Positions 51,807 to 64,000 of a stretch of DNA of 64,000 nucleotides are shown here, piece by piece (position 1 is the stretch's first letter; each line of letters starts with the position of its first letter). The DNA lies in NCBI GenBank assembly GCA_964106645.2, contig OZ078259.1, one strand, 5' to 3'. The position numbers were made by a program, and so were the translations under genes. The notes under the pieces are model-generated. The model made no database searches. It worked only from the letters and a program-made list of their open reading frames with translations, and was not told the DNA's origin. Source of the DNA: Podarcis pityusensis (Eukaryota).

Positions 51807-54800
51807 TCATTCTTTTTGCAAGAAAGCAGCAATGCTATTTTTCATACTAATAAGACTGACAGTACAAGGGACTAGTCCAATATAGCAATGTGGAATACAA
51901 TCACTCAAATATATAGGGATTTATAATATGTTAATACTGTCTTAAGTCCCTCTCTTTGATGAATATGATATGAGTGATTATCTTCTATATTATTATTAGA
52001 AGAAGAATCCAATTTAAACTTCAGCTATATATGAAGCAACTGTAAAGAAAAGAGCTCTTGTGTTAATGTACAGAGTGACCTTTCCTCTCTACCAGCTATG
52101 TGCACCTGCTAGCACATTTCTATCATTAAGAAGCAGAGCTCTATGCCAAAGTGGATGATTTGAAGACTGGCCCCTGTAGCCCTTTGTTTAGAAGCAAAGC
52201 ACTCTATAGTTTGGGTGCAAACTGCTTTATAGCTCACAGGCTCCAAATATTTTACATAAGCATCTACTACTGAATCATCTATGGTTCCAAACTTTCACCA
52301 GGATAGCAAACATTCAGAAAGCTCCCTGAATTTGCACCATTCATATTGCTAGCTGATCAAAGTCTACCGACACAAACAAAATACTTCAGTGGTCTCCTGG
52401 TGGTGGCCCCTAACCCAGCATCTAGGAACTCTCACTATAACAAAATGCCAAGGCCAATGTTGCTTAGGGGAAATGGGAAAGAAGGAGAATGTGAAATAGT
52501 CTGACAACTTATAGTATCTACAATAAGATGGGAAACTAGTTAGAGTATCTATAATTAGAATACTTTTGTCACAATTACAACTTCTACAAAATTCAGATTA
52601 GACATCAAACCTGTTTTTTCTACATTCTAGCTATGACAGAATGTATTATAAAATAAGTGGCAACTTTATATAACTACAAATGTACTAGCACCTAGCGGTT
52701 GGGTGTCCAGCATAATTTAACTGACTGCTGTCACTGTGTGATTTTTTTTTAAAGGACATTTGCACAGAAAACACCCATTACAGCTTTGCATTCTGCATTA
52801 TTCCCAGAAAAAGGGAATAATACCCTAATGAACTGCCTACTGCAATCTGGTATGTTCATAAATGGTCAGAGACTCAGGTTTATTTTTTCAGGGAAAAATA
52901 CCACATGGCTAAACACTAGGTCTTTCATGAATTCTCATTCATTTGGGTATGAAGGTTTGCTGCTTATGAAAATTGGGCCAAAACATTTTGATACACTACT
53001 CAGCCTGTGAACTACTATGGAGAAAAACCCTCCAAAAAATGGTACCCAGTTGCCCAACCAATTTATGACATACATATATTGAAAGGGGAAAGACCATGAA
53101 CTTTCATATTCACTTGGGTATTAACTTAGGTTTCCATCTATCCTTAAATGTGATTTGTGATCACATTTATTTAACCATGATCTGCATTCGTTGATGTTAG
53201 GAGTGAAGTGGGAATTGCTGGGTAGATTGATTATCTTTGCTTTGAGCTTGTTATATCTGTGAAATATATGTTTTCCTGACTTACTAAGGCTGATTTAATT
53301 TTGATAAGCTTTCTAAAACTTCGTACAATTATCTTCTTACCTGAGTATTAATTGTTCAGACATTAAAGGTATGCATTCTGAACTCCTGTTAGATATTTTC
53401 TGTATGTTTTCAATGTGCACCATGGGAAATGGAACCTCGAAGTGGCTGCATCTAAACCAGCAATGGACTCTGATTCAGTACAGCATGGGGCCTTCCAGAG
53501 ACATTGCACCCCTCTCTTAGTACAGCAATAATAGTAGCTATATGCGGAAATACGCCTCTAAGACATAAAAGCCTGCCTTGGTGCTGGGGTATAGCTGAGT
53601 TGTTAGTCAAGCCAGAGTGTCAGCAAAATACAAAGTAGATCAACAACCTCCAAAGAGCAGAAGTAAAACTGCTGAAATTTCAGTGGTATTTCAAGATAGT
53701 GTAGGTAAACAGGAAAGATGGAGCAAGAAACTCAGCGATGATATAATCCACACATTCCAATAAGTGCCTATGACACACAAATATCTTCCACACAGAAACA
53801 TACTATGGCAGTCCTGCTTGCTGGTCAACAATTGATGTTTCTGAAAACTATAGTTAAGTTGCAGAGAAACAGTGAGTTAAAGACAACAGGTGTGTGCTAG
53901 CTTGGGAGACAGCAAGCAGGCAAATTAGCAGTGGCTGCCCGAGAGAAGTGGTGCAGAATCAAGGCTGGCATTGGTGGACACCTGGTGAATACCCACACCC
54001 CAGCATAGGGTCTACTGATTAGAATCACCTAGACCTGTTCCATCTCTTTGTTACTGCAACCTGCTTCCGCACCTGCCTCTTGCTCTGGCTCAGCAAGCAA
54101 TACAACAGTTATGAGCAGTAGCTGTCTGCTTTCTTATTGGCTTTGTCTAGCAAGCAATTATGGGATGGCACTGATGAGGCAGATGAGAAGCACCAACAGG
54201 CAACAATAGTAGTGAGGGGGTACACTTATTGAGAGAGGAGAACATATTGAAGGTGTCTTGCCCAATCCTCCTTTCCCCACCTACAAAACAAACACCACCA
54301 CCCCAAAAAAACCTAGCTGAGTTCACATTTAATGGACCAGAATGCTTAGTGGGTTTGTTTTTTTAGCTTTTCTCCAAAGCGCAATGTAATTTCCCATAAA
54401 ACACTGCATTGTGCCACCTGCATACTCTGCACTGATAAATTCCTATTGTACAGCTCTTTGCCTTTTAGCATAGCAAAACAAACAAACAAACAAAATATCT
54501 TTAAGATAAATAGATTTAATGTTTGGGCACAGAAAATACCTTTATGATATTTTATGGCTGTGGGAATTTCCATTTGTCTTAGTAAGAAATTTTAATATAA
54601 CCCTAGTAAATACATATGCTAGTAAAGACAAAGTATAACCTGTTTCTTTTACTATGGGATCTGAAGTAGATTAGTCTCTTGCAGTGTTGACTTTAGCTTT
54701 CCAAACATCAGCTCTGTCACTTAAAAAGAATTCTGCAAAGACTCATAGAAGAATCTTTGTTTAAATTACAAAATGTTCTCCCTCAAACATATAATTCATA

Positions 54801-55860
54801 GTAATTTGTAGTCCTTAAAACTGCATAAATAAGATTACCCACAATTCTTTTTTCCTATTTTGAAAACTCTACAGTTGTGAAGATAACAAAGGTAAGAGCT
54901 CTCATGAAATGTCTCATGAAATACCAAGCCACCACTTGCAGGCTACGACTTTGTGACTATATAAATAGACACAGGATATATAACAGGATATTAGGACTGA
55001 GCCACATATTATCCAAACAATATTTTCAGTGTGAAAAGTGGGTTTTCAGGTGAAATAAGTTTCCTGAAAGAATGTCTAACCTTACCCCTTTTGTGTCTAT
55101 TTGTTGGTGAAACTTTTTTGATCCAAGTGTGACACTGTCATGTATCCAATCAGATTTGGCTATGTGACAATGTTAACTAAGGGCAACTGAAGCTAATTCA
55201 GAGGGAACAGAAACATTGCTCTCGATCCCAATTAGCTTTGTTTGGCCTCTGAAGTAGTATTGCCTAGCCAAATGTGATTGGCTATGTGACAGCATCATTA
55301 TTACAAGGATGCTAGGCAACTGAAATAAAAAATTGTGTTGAAACTGCATCAGTTCTGGTCTTCAAAAAGGTTCCCAACAGAGCTACCACCTGAAAGCCAA
55401 ATACAAAGGGATGGGAGTAAGTGCAGGCTGCTTTACATGTGGTGTGCATATCTATCTATAATATACATGCACACACAGATTTGTAAGCCAAGGTGGTACT
55501 TTCTCTCTGATCTCCCCATGAAAAAATATCTAAAACAAAAAGGGTATCCGAAAAATTGCATAAAAGGCAGAGTGCTTTTCAATGGGTGGGGGGAGGTTCC
55601 TAGGAGGTGCCTCTTGTGTCAGAAATAACATACTATTCCAACATCATATTATCTCATTTTAGTCTTAATTGTATAATCAACACACAAAATTACTGGGGAT
55701 GAAGAATATTTTTGAGGGGTATGTCAGTGCAAGCTTTGTGACACCATTAAAGATTCTAGGACATTGTCCTCAAATTGTATAATACAGCCCCTTGGGATGG
55801 CAAAATGTCTGGGGTCCAATCGATCTGAGCTCTTGCTAAATGTTATCATATAGTTCTTAT

Positions 55861-55993
55861 CAGTGCTATTTTTTTAGAGAAAGGTGCCAGAACTCAGCAT
55901 GAATGCTTCGTTGGTTCTCTTATAAAGGCAATGGCGCCCACCTGAGAGGTGCTGGAACTGAGTTCTGGTGAGTTCTGGCTGAAAAAAGCTCTG
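55861..55993. mobile_element. Short hAT-like MITE
   Basis: CAGTGCTATTTT / AAAAAAGCTCTG termini, internal GAACT/AGTTC repeats, imperfect 8-bp TSD GTTCTTAT/TTTTTTAT. Confidence 0.55.
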
Positions 55994-56881
55994 TTTTTTA
56001 TTCTCTCTAGCATTTAGAAATAAAGTACTCTCCTCTCCTGGCTGGTGGACCCTTAACTTGCACTGAGCTACAAATATAATATAAATGAGGTCCTGGCATA
56101 GGAAGGAAAACTTTATCTAGCATCACAATGATAATTTGATAGAACTTGAAGAAATTTTATTTGCAACTTTAACAAAAGTAGCAAAACATGCTATAACTTA
56201 AAAGCTGAAAGTATATGTAAAAAAGCCTTACAGTGCAACATGATAATTCCCACAGTGAGTCTTGGTTTTCTCACTTGTAACTTGAAGTGCCAAGGAAAAT
56301 ATCTAGTTTTGTTTTTCCTTGTCAGGAACAGGGGAGAAAAGTAATATATTTTCTTTGGAAGCTTGTTTCCCCTCTACTTATTAGATAAGAACATTTTCAG
56401 TTGTGCCCCTCGAGACACAATTAGTTGAACAAACGCTTTAAGAGTAAACACAGTAAGGTCCATTACTGCCTCACTCTTCTTACCCCTTTGCCAGCCATTT
56501 GAATAGCCAAGACCAGATGGTTAGAAGAAATCCCAGCCCTACTTGTCTTAATGGAAGCTCAGGCACTGATTTCAGCATACTCAAAATTCCACACTAAAAC
56601 ACAACAGCAAAAGAACTTCTCCAAACCAGTAAACCAAGTTCAAATGCATGGGTTTTTTTCTTTTGGATTCAGAGCATGAAATGTGCTTTTAAAAAATGTG
56701 TGAAGGAAAGGTGAAAGGTAGAACTGTTAAAGAGAGCCAGTAGGGTTGAGTGGCTATGGAGCTGAAATCTGATCTGGCTAAAGTTCCACCTCAGCTATAA
56801 ACTCACTATGTGGCCTTGGACAAGTCACTTTCAGCTTCAATTTCCCCATCTTTAAATGCAAATAGCAGCAACCATTCTTAC

Positions 56882-57509
56882 TGTCCGGCTCCTGTCCCAA
56901 AGTACAGTGATAACAACTCTTACTTGTAAACAAGGAAGAAATCTTTATTCAGGCTAATAGCAGTACAGGCTCAGCAGGAAGCACAAAGGCCTGAAGCCAA
57001 GATTCCAAAGTTCATAAGCAATGTTCACAATAGAATAAAACTTATGAATATGTCCCAACAGTTGACATGCCCCTCTCACAAAGCTTCTACAGATGAGGCA
57101 GGGTGAGCTCACTCAGAAGACTCGTTCGTCGTATAGTTCTGCAACACGCACACAAGTGTGCTGTTTGGCTGGGTGCATCTGATCTCACGTTCAAAGGCAC
57201 CATCTAGTTCTTGGCGACAAGATTGTGTCCTGCACCTCTGCCTCTAGCTTGGCTGCCACCTCCTTCTGTTCAGATCCTCCTTCTTGCTGGCCAAAGTCCT
57301 CCCTCCTCACAGATGAGAAACTCTTCAGGAGGAGCAGAGGAGAGAGCTGGCAGCTCTGCTTCTCCCTCTCTCACATCTAGAGTCACAAGGGGAGGACTTC
57401 TCTTCTTCATTCCTGGATGCCAGTCTTCCAGTCTTCCAGTCCCCCATTTGCTCCTTCTTCCTCTTCCACGCCATATCATGTCAGAGCCAAGGGGCCCATG
57501 GCACTAACA
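56882..57509 (-). mobile_element. LTR-like element (probable solo LTR) inserted in an old CORE/MIR-like SINE
   Basis: TGT...ACA termini, minus-strand AATAAA about 60 nt from the 3' end, purine-rich body. MIR-like core immediately to the left (about 56735-56880). Confidence 0.6.
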
Positions 57510-59467
57510 TCAGCAAAGCTGGCACAGCAAAGGGACATAAACACTGTCATATAAAATGCTACATAAATTACCAGTGGTAGAAATAGCAACAGCTGCTGTT
57601 ATAGTGCATCTCAGTACAATCATTGCTAATATTATGACTTATCTTCATGCAAATGATCTTTATCTGTGCACTTTTGTTGTTGTTGGAGGAGGAGCTTTTG
57701 TGATAGCAAAACTAGAACATTAAGGCATTATGGCCTTTATGCTAGCCTACTCTTAAAATGGAGAAACACTGTAAAAATACAACATGAAGGAATTTCCACA
57801 GAAAAACTGAGATTCTAGTCATGATGAATAAGGGTTTGCAAGGAGAAAGAGGGAAAAGAGAGACCTGAAAGTTATACATTGAAGCAAGTCCTCACTCCCA
57901 CCCCCGAGCCTGCTTTTTAACAACTACTATGCTGAAGACATTTTCAAGAATAGTTCAACTGTGTAAAGTATGAGGTCTGGAAGCCTGCCAGGGTCACCAA
58001 GTGTGACCCACTGTGCAAATGCAAGTTAAAGCTGTCTGAGGGAGTTTTAATTTATGCTTCAAATTTCTTCAAGAATTTGACTGGCATTGCTTTAAAGACT
58101 ACACAGAGTTTATAACAGTTCCTTCTTCCTTTCACAAAAGAATTTTGTCATACAGTACTATCATGCATTATGTTAACACTAGAAATCCTTTCTTGATGTT
58201 GTCATAGTCTGAGCTCAAGTACTTACTAAAGTGCTGTCTCATTTGGATTGGCTTTTGATTTGGGAATTAGTTAGGCATTACAAAATCTTCACATCTATGA
58301 AGTAGATATTTTGAGTATTCTGTTTTATTGTATTTCCTTTTTAAAAACTGCTGTTACCTTGCTGTAGGCTTTCCGAAAGGTCTGAATAGAAATTTAATTG
58401 TATAATCAATCTGAGAGGTTTTCTTGGGAACCCAGAAACATTTTGGGGTGCTACTTCTAGATATTCCAGCCAAAGGACTCTGCAATACACATCAAGAGAA
58501 AATAGAACCAATGCTCACTATAATTTCCCCCTCAAATCATTTTTATTAAATGCTCACTATTTTAAAGACTTTCCTTAGGACTGAACTTTGCAGAACATTA
58601 GAATTGAACCTAGCTTGGGAGCTACACCATGGTTACACAGCTCATGGTTTGCTTTGAGCAAGACAAACCATGAGCCCATTTTTACAGCTAACACTAAACA
58701 AACTTGTTGTGTAGCTTGTTGTAGAATGGCAGCAGGAGGTCCATGGGAGGAACAAAGCAAGCACCATTTTATCACTGGCCACCAGCACACTTACTCATTT
58801 GCTGTAAGCCATAGTAAATGAAAATGAAGCAATGAGTAAAACTGAGCATTCGGTAACTGAAGGCACCAGGCACTACATCTGTCACAATATATTCTTCTTC
58901 TTGAGGCAGAGCACTGGATTGTACTCCTCCACCCAACCTAATTAAGATTTATAGTAAACAAGGCTGGTCAAGTTATTTTGGCACTTGAGGCAGAAAACCG
59001 CACAGATGCCTCTCCCTGGCAATAAAAACACAGCAGTAAGTAATTAAATATTTGTTGCCATTTAATAACATCCAAAATCAATCATGTGAGGTGGCTGCCT
59101 CACTCAGTCTAATGACTATCTTTCCTGAAGAAGAGCAGAATATGGACACATCTTCAAAATGCCTTCTCTTATTTCAAATCATCTATCAAATCAGACTGAG
59201 GGCTCTTCCTGAAGAAGCCCAAGCACTGGAGCAACTTTTTTCCAACTTTTCCTGGTCCTCCTGGGTTTATTCAGTCTTTGATAGGACAAGAGGGCATTGT
59301 ATAAAGCTAATCTATCCCAATTTATTAGTAAAACAACAACCAGTGAGCTCTTACCTATCACTTCTTTCACTCATCTCAGCCTGCTATTCCCACCAACATT
59401 AAACAGAGTTGTGCAGGGCGCTCTTTCTATCTCTGCTTCTAACTGTTGTAAACTGCCATTCATTCTG

Positions 59468-59631
59468 CATGGGTAGGCAAACTAAGGCCCAGGGGCCGGA
59501 TGCGGCCCAATCGCCTTCTCAATCTGGCCCGCGGATGGTCCAGGAATCAGCATATTTTTACATGAGTAGAATGTGTGCTTTTATTTAAAATGCATCTCTG
59601 GGTTATTTGTGGGGCATAGGAATTCATTCAT

Positions 59632-59681
<50 letters not shown>

Positions 59682-59752
59682 AAGCCCAGCCCCCCCACAA
59701 GGTCTGAGGGACAGTGGACCGGCCCCCTGCTGAAAAAGTTTGCTGACCCCAG
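59468..59752 (-). mobile_element. hAT (Charlie-like) MITE containing a (CA)n(TA)n microsatellite
   Basis: Reverse-complement match to 28114-28370, termini CATGGGTAGGCAAACT / AGTTTGCTGACCCCAG. Confidence 0.85.
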
Positions 59753-60539
59753 CAAGCTACATATCAGAGAGAGCAAGGGAGGGAGAGATGGAGAGATGTA
59801 AGCAATCATCAGAACAAAGCCCAGGGTGTTACTATTTACTTCAAAAGAATCTGTAATCTACTAACATGCTGTCTGTATATACATATTTATTTATTTCCCC
59901 CATCACAAGGGAGACACCTAGTCACTACAGATAACGAGGCTTATGACAACCTTGTCCATTCTCTTTTTAGAAGGCCAATAGAACAACTTTTTGGGGGGGT
60001 GGTGTTTTTTTCTTGCTTAAGATTGCCAGGACAGTAACACACGACTTGTATTGCTGACCATTGGCTATTTTCAGGCAGTTGTGATGATATGTGAAAAAGC
60101 CAAATCTGTACTGACTTTCCAGATACTGTCATTAGATGCGAAACATCTTCTCAAGGCAACACACCTAGAAATCAAGATTAGCAAAGGCCAACAAAAATAC
60201 AGCCAGGAATAGTGAGCCATCTCAATGTTGCCTCTGTTTATCAGCTTTGGGAGAATGATGAAGAGCAACTTGGAAAATTGCTTCATCCAAAGACCACCTT
60301 CTGGTTAAATTTGCCTAACTGCTAACTTGATTTTGAACAACAGTTTCATACTTTTAAATAAAGAGGTATTTCTAAGGATCAGTTACCATTTTTAAAACAC
60401 ATTTACTGCCTTGTAGAACAGTACTGCTTTTTTGTTTGCTGTGATTTATTACTGGGTATTTAATATTGTGTATGTACTTCATATTTAAAACAGATCACAA
60501 AGCGCTTTTCATACAAGCCAATTCAAAAATAAAGGGACC

Positions 60540-61338
60540 ATGAAGGCAGCAGTTTGCTTATTGCTAATGGCTATTGTGGGAGTGCGTGCCAGCAAGACCC
60601 AAGATTTCGAAGGCAGCGATGAGGGAGAGGAGCAAGAATTCATTTACACAAACAGGTATAAGCGCTCCAGCGACACACAAGACAAGTGCACTTATACATT
60701 CATTGTACCTCAGCAGAAAGTGACGGGTGCCATTTGTGTTAATTCAAAGGAACCCGAAGTACTTGAAAACAGGGTAAATAAGCAAGAACTAGAGCTACTG
60801 AACAATGAGCTGTTAAAGCAAAAGAGGCAAATAGAAACCCTCCAGCAGCTGGTGGAGGTAGATGGAGGAATTGTTAATGAGGTGAAGCTTTTACGAAAGG
60901 AGAGCCGCAACATGAACTCACGGGTCACCCAGTTGTACATGCAGCTGCTGCATGAGATCATCCGAAAACGGGACAATGCTTTAGAACTTTCCCAACTGGA
61001 AAATAAGATACTGAATCAGACTGCTGACATGTTGCAGCTTGCAAATAAATACAAAGACCTGGAGCACAAGTACCAACATTTGGTATCCATTGCTAATAAC
61101 CAGTCTATAATAATTGCACAGCTAGAAGAGTACTGCCAAAGAACACCCTCCATTAAACCAATCCCACAACCTCCACAGCCACCAAATCGAGTCTACCAGC
61201 CTCCCACTTACAATCGTATCATTAACCAAATATCCACCAATGAGATCCAGAGTGACCAGAATTTAAAGATTCTACCACCGACTCTCCCAACCATGTCTTC
61301 AGTTACCAGTATCCCAACTTCCACTGACAAACCATCAG
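60540..61338 (+). CDS. ANGPTL2: Angiopoietin-related protein 2, first coding exon (signal peptide, coiled coil, Pro-rich linker); fibrinogen-domain exons lie beyond the window
   Basis: MKAAVCLLLMAIVGVRA...DKCTYTFIVPQQKVTGAICVNSKEPEV...VKLLRKESRNMNSRVTQLYMQLLHEIIRKRDNALELSQLEN...STDKPS(G). Start context GGACCATG, donor TCAG|gtaagt at 61338/61339, likely acceptor cag| at 60493. Nested antisense in RALGPS1 as in other vertebrates. Confidence 0.98.
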
Positions 61339-62810
61339 GTAAGTGTACTCAATATACCTAAATATCACTAATGCCTAAACAGCTTTATAAAACAAAGTCT
61401 CAATCTCATTATTGTGGATAAGTTGTAATGATGACACCTCAGAGCTTAAAAGAGTGAGATAAACACCCAGCTGCAATAACAAGATGGGGACCTATGAGAA
61501 TTATCAGGCAGGGCAGGGTTGAGCTCTTTGAAAAAACCCCATAGTGCAACAGTGCAAGACAACTAAGCCCTGGAGCTAGAGGTGTAGTTTTTTGCTCACT
61601 ATCTTCAGATCAGACTGATTTCTTAAAAGCACGGAGCCTTCTGGACTACCCTTAATCCTCCCTCCAGAATACCAGAAGCTGTGAGGGGCGAGTCAGGCCA
61701 ATTTCATCCAACTCCACCTTGTTCCCTGTCACATCCAACTGACATCCTTAACGTTTCAGTAGCCTCATTTTGCTGCATAGGCATGGGATCACTGAGGTCA
61801 GTATCAAAGGCATGAAGTGAGCAAATGATAGTGCTATGAAACCGCTTTATACATTTTGCATTCTTGCTTTAAAATAACAGGATTTGACATGTCAATACTT
61901 TGTGATAAAGATGGGATTAGCTTATTTTCTAAAGATGCTTTGCATGTTGCCTGACCTACATTATACAATGCAGAAAATTTTGATATTTCATTCATTCATT
62001 CAATTCATTCATTCATTTGAGCCTTTATAAACCATTAACTCATAGAAAATATAATAGTGGTGTACAATAAAATCTTTACACAAAATAATATGATACAGAA
62101 CAAATGACCAACACGGAATCAAATTAATTATTTAAAAACACTTGGCAAAAGAAAAACACTTTTATGCAAGGGATGAAATATTAAAATTGTAGGCACCTGT
62201 CTTGGCCCAGTTCACATGTTATGGTAAACAATAATGATTTACCAATAATGTGCCTTTCTGAGTTGTTTTCCTCCCACTAAAGTTCAAGGGTAATAAACCA
62301 TTATCCACAGCTTAGTGGTTATGTCCAAACCAGGGGTTGCAGCTTGCTTTGCTCTGATAATGTGTAGTTCTTGCCAGGCTGGAAAGATGTAGGGTGTGTA
62401 TGGGTAGCCACCTCTAACTATTGTGTGAGTTCAATGTAACCCAACTTGTTGGCTCTGATCCTACTCACAACTGGTACGTAGCCCATGGATAGCTGCATAT
62501 GAGGAAATGCAGCCCTTGGGCTCAAAAATTGTCCCCATCCCTGCTATAGCAATTCTGAGTACAAGGTTGCATCTCCTTGTCATCATGGGTCTGCCAAGGG
62601 TCCTATGCTCCATAATTTTTATATGCAATGGTAAGTTAATTATTTCTTCAAGTTGATGCAGAATGATCCAATCAAAATCACTGGAACAAGTTACTCATGA
62701 TTTGAAAATTAAGTCCCATTTATTTAAATTCAACTAGATTAGCATGGATCCAATCCAGTGTTGTATGAGTTTACCTTTTTTATCTTGTAAGAGTATGTGT
62801 TTATACAGAC

Positions 62811-62949
62811 TAGGGGTGGGAAGCCTGTGGTTCTCCAGATGTTGCTGGACTACAACTCTCACCAATCCCAGATGTTGGCCATGCTGACTGAGAGTGGTGA
62901 AAGTTGGGAGTTAAACAATATCTGGAGGGCCTCATGTTCCCCACCCCTT
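62811..62949. mobile_element. Palindromic hAT MITE (relative of 11403-11538)
   Basis: AGGGGTGGG...CCCACCCCT termini and CTCCAGATGTT/AATATCTGGAG fold-back. Confidence 0.7.
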
Positions 62950-62988
<39 letters not shown>

Positions 62989-63615
62989 CAAATAAAACAG
63001 TCTGACAGGTGGGAGGATATAGCAAGGGCAGGAAAAAATAATCAACTCATTTGTGAAATATTGGGTTATGATGATTTTGAGAGTTTATTAAGCCTCGTAA
63101 ACATTCCAGGGTCCTTTAATGTACAGCATAAAACAACCAAATAAAAAGGTTTATTAAAAAGGAGTCATAACTTTTATTTTTTTAATGCATCGACCATTTC
63201 AGAGGTTACTTAAAAACTGAGTAAAACAACCAAAAAGACTATTCATGGCTCTTTTGGCCCAAAGAAACCAGGCTGTAAGCAGGCATGTTTAAATACACAT
63301 GGTTGTGTTTTCTGCTAGTATTGTTTTTACTAAGGGAATGGTTAGTGGTAAAAGGTGACCTCACTCCAAATAGCAATGTTATTATTGTTATTATCAGTTT
63401 TTCCATTATGAACTCCTTGATTTCAAATGGATTATAACTTGGCCAGAAACCTTTGCTCCAGGCTAAAACATGACATCAAATATGGCAACCTGGCAGCAAT
63501 TAAAGAATCAAAATAAAAAACAGGTAAAACACTGTTTTTAATACCAGTAGCAAGAAGAAAAATTCCCTGTTACTGATACTTGAGCCCATTGTTAAAAGTC
63601 ATGCTACAAGCAGGA

Positions 63616-63662
63616 AAACAAACAAACAAACAAACAAACAAACAAACAAACAAACAAACAAA
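63616..63662. repeat. (AAAC)n microsatellite
   Basis: Direct reading. Confidence 0.95.
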
Positions 63663-64000
63663 TGCACTTAAGCATCACATTGTTCAGCCCCATATCATCC
63701 CTGGTCATTGGCAATGCTGGCTGGAGCTGATGGGAGATAGAGTCCAACAACATCTGGAGAGCCAAATGTTGGCCACCCTGGTTGAAGAACAAGCCAATGT
63801 CAAAACACAGTTAATTATGCTAGCTTGTTTCCCATAGTAAATATTGGCAGTTTCTAATATGGATGGAAGTACATAACTATTGGAAGTTGAAAATGGAAGC
63901 AAAACCTTCCAATCTCATGGCCATGTCAGAGGAAAAGAGATGGGTATGTAAGCCCTATCTTGTTCAGACTCATTCTGTATTGCTAAACTATAGTTTAGCA

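Noticed and set aside
61339-61361. C-terminal GKCTQYT* of the 273-aa ANGPTL2 ORF
   Set aside because: Read-through past a consensus donor (CAG|gtaagt), so it is intronic. No evidence for a truncated isoform.

Overview
This is vertebrate genomic DNA from a squamate reptile, most likely a lacertid lizard, inferred from Sauria SINEs and the squamate MITE repertoire. The whole window lies inside the minus-strand gene RALGPS1. Three of its coding exons are recoverable with canonical splice sites and matching phases (22193-22056, 19985-19892, 3137-3070), covering the end of the CDC25/RasGEF domain. The 5' part of ANGPTL2 is nested on the plus strand in the large upstream intron, the known conserved vertebrate arrangement: a promoter and non-coding exon 1 near 49.2-49.8 kb, and the first coding exon at 60540-61338. 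The rest is intronic DNA with many transposon relics (Sauria SINE, Tc1/mariner and hAT MITEs, L1, L2 and CR1 fragments, solo-LTR-like elements) and microsatellites. Almost all other ORFs in the track look spurious. The most unusual signals are: (1) a young Penelope-like insertion that forms a perfect 80-bp hairpin and carries a minimal hammerhead ribozyme in the RALGPS1 sense direction; (2) an internally deleted mariner-family transposon of arthropod type, a horizontal-transfer candidate; (3) two divergent LTR-like elements sharing a vestigial LSPRT peptide motif with only synonymous differences; (4) candidate unannotated RALGPS1 poison or mutually exclusive exons; (5) a Met-stop micro-uORF in an apparently conserved block of the ANGPTL2 leader. 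I cannot claim a new biological system; these are leads that need checking. Family assignments and comparisons to human are from memory, not from database searches.
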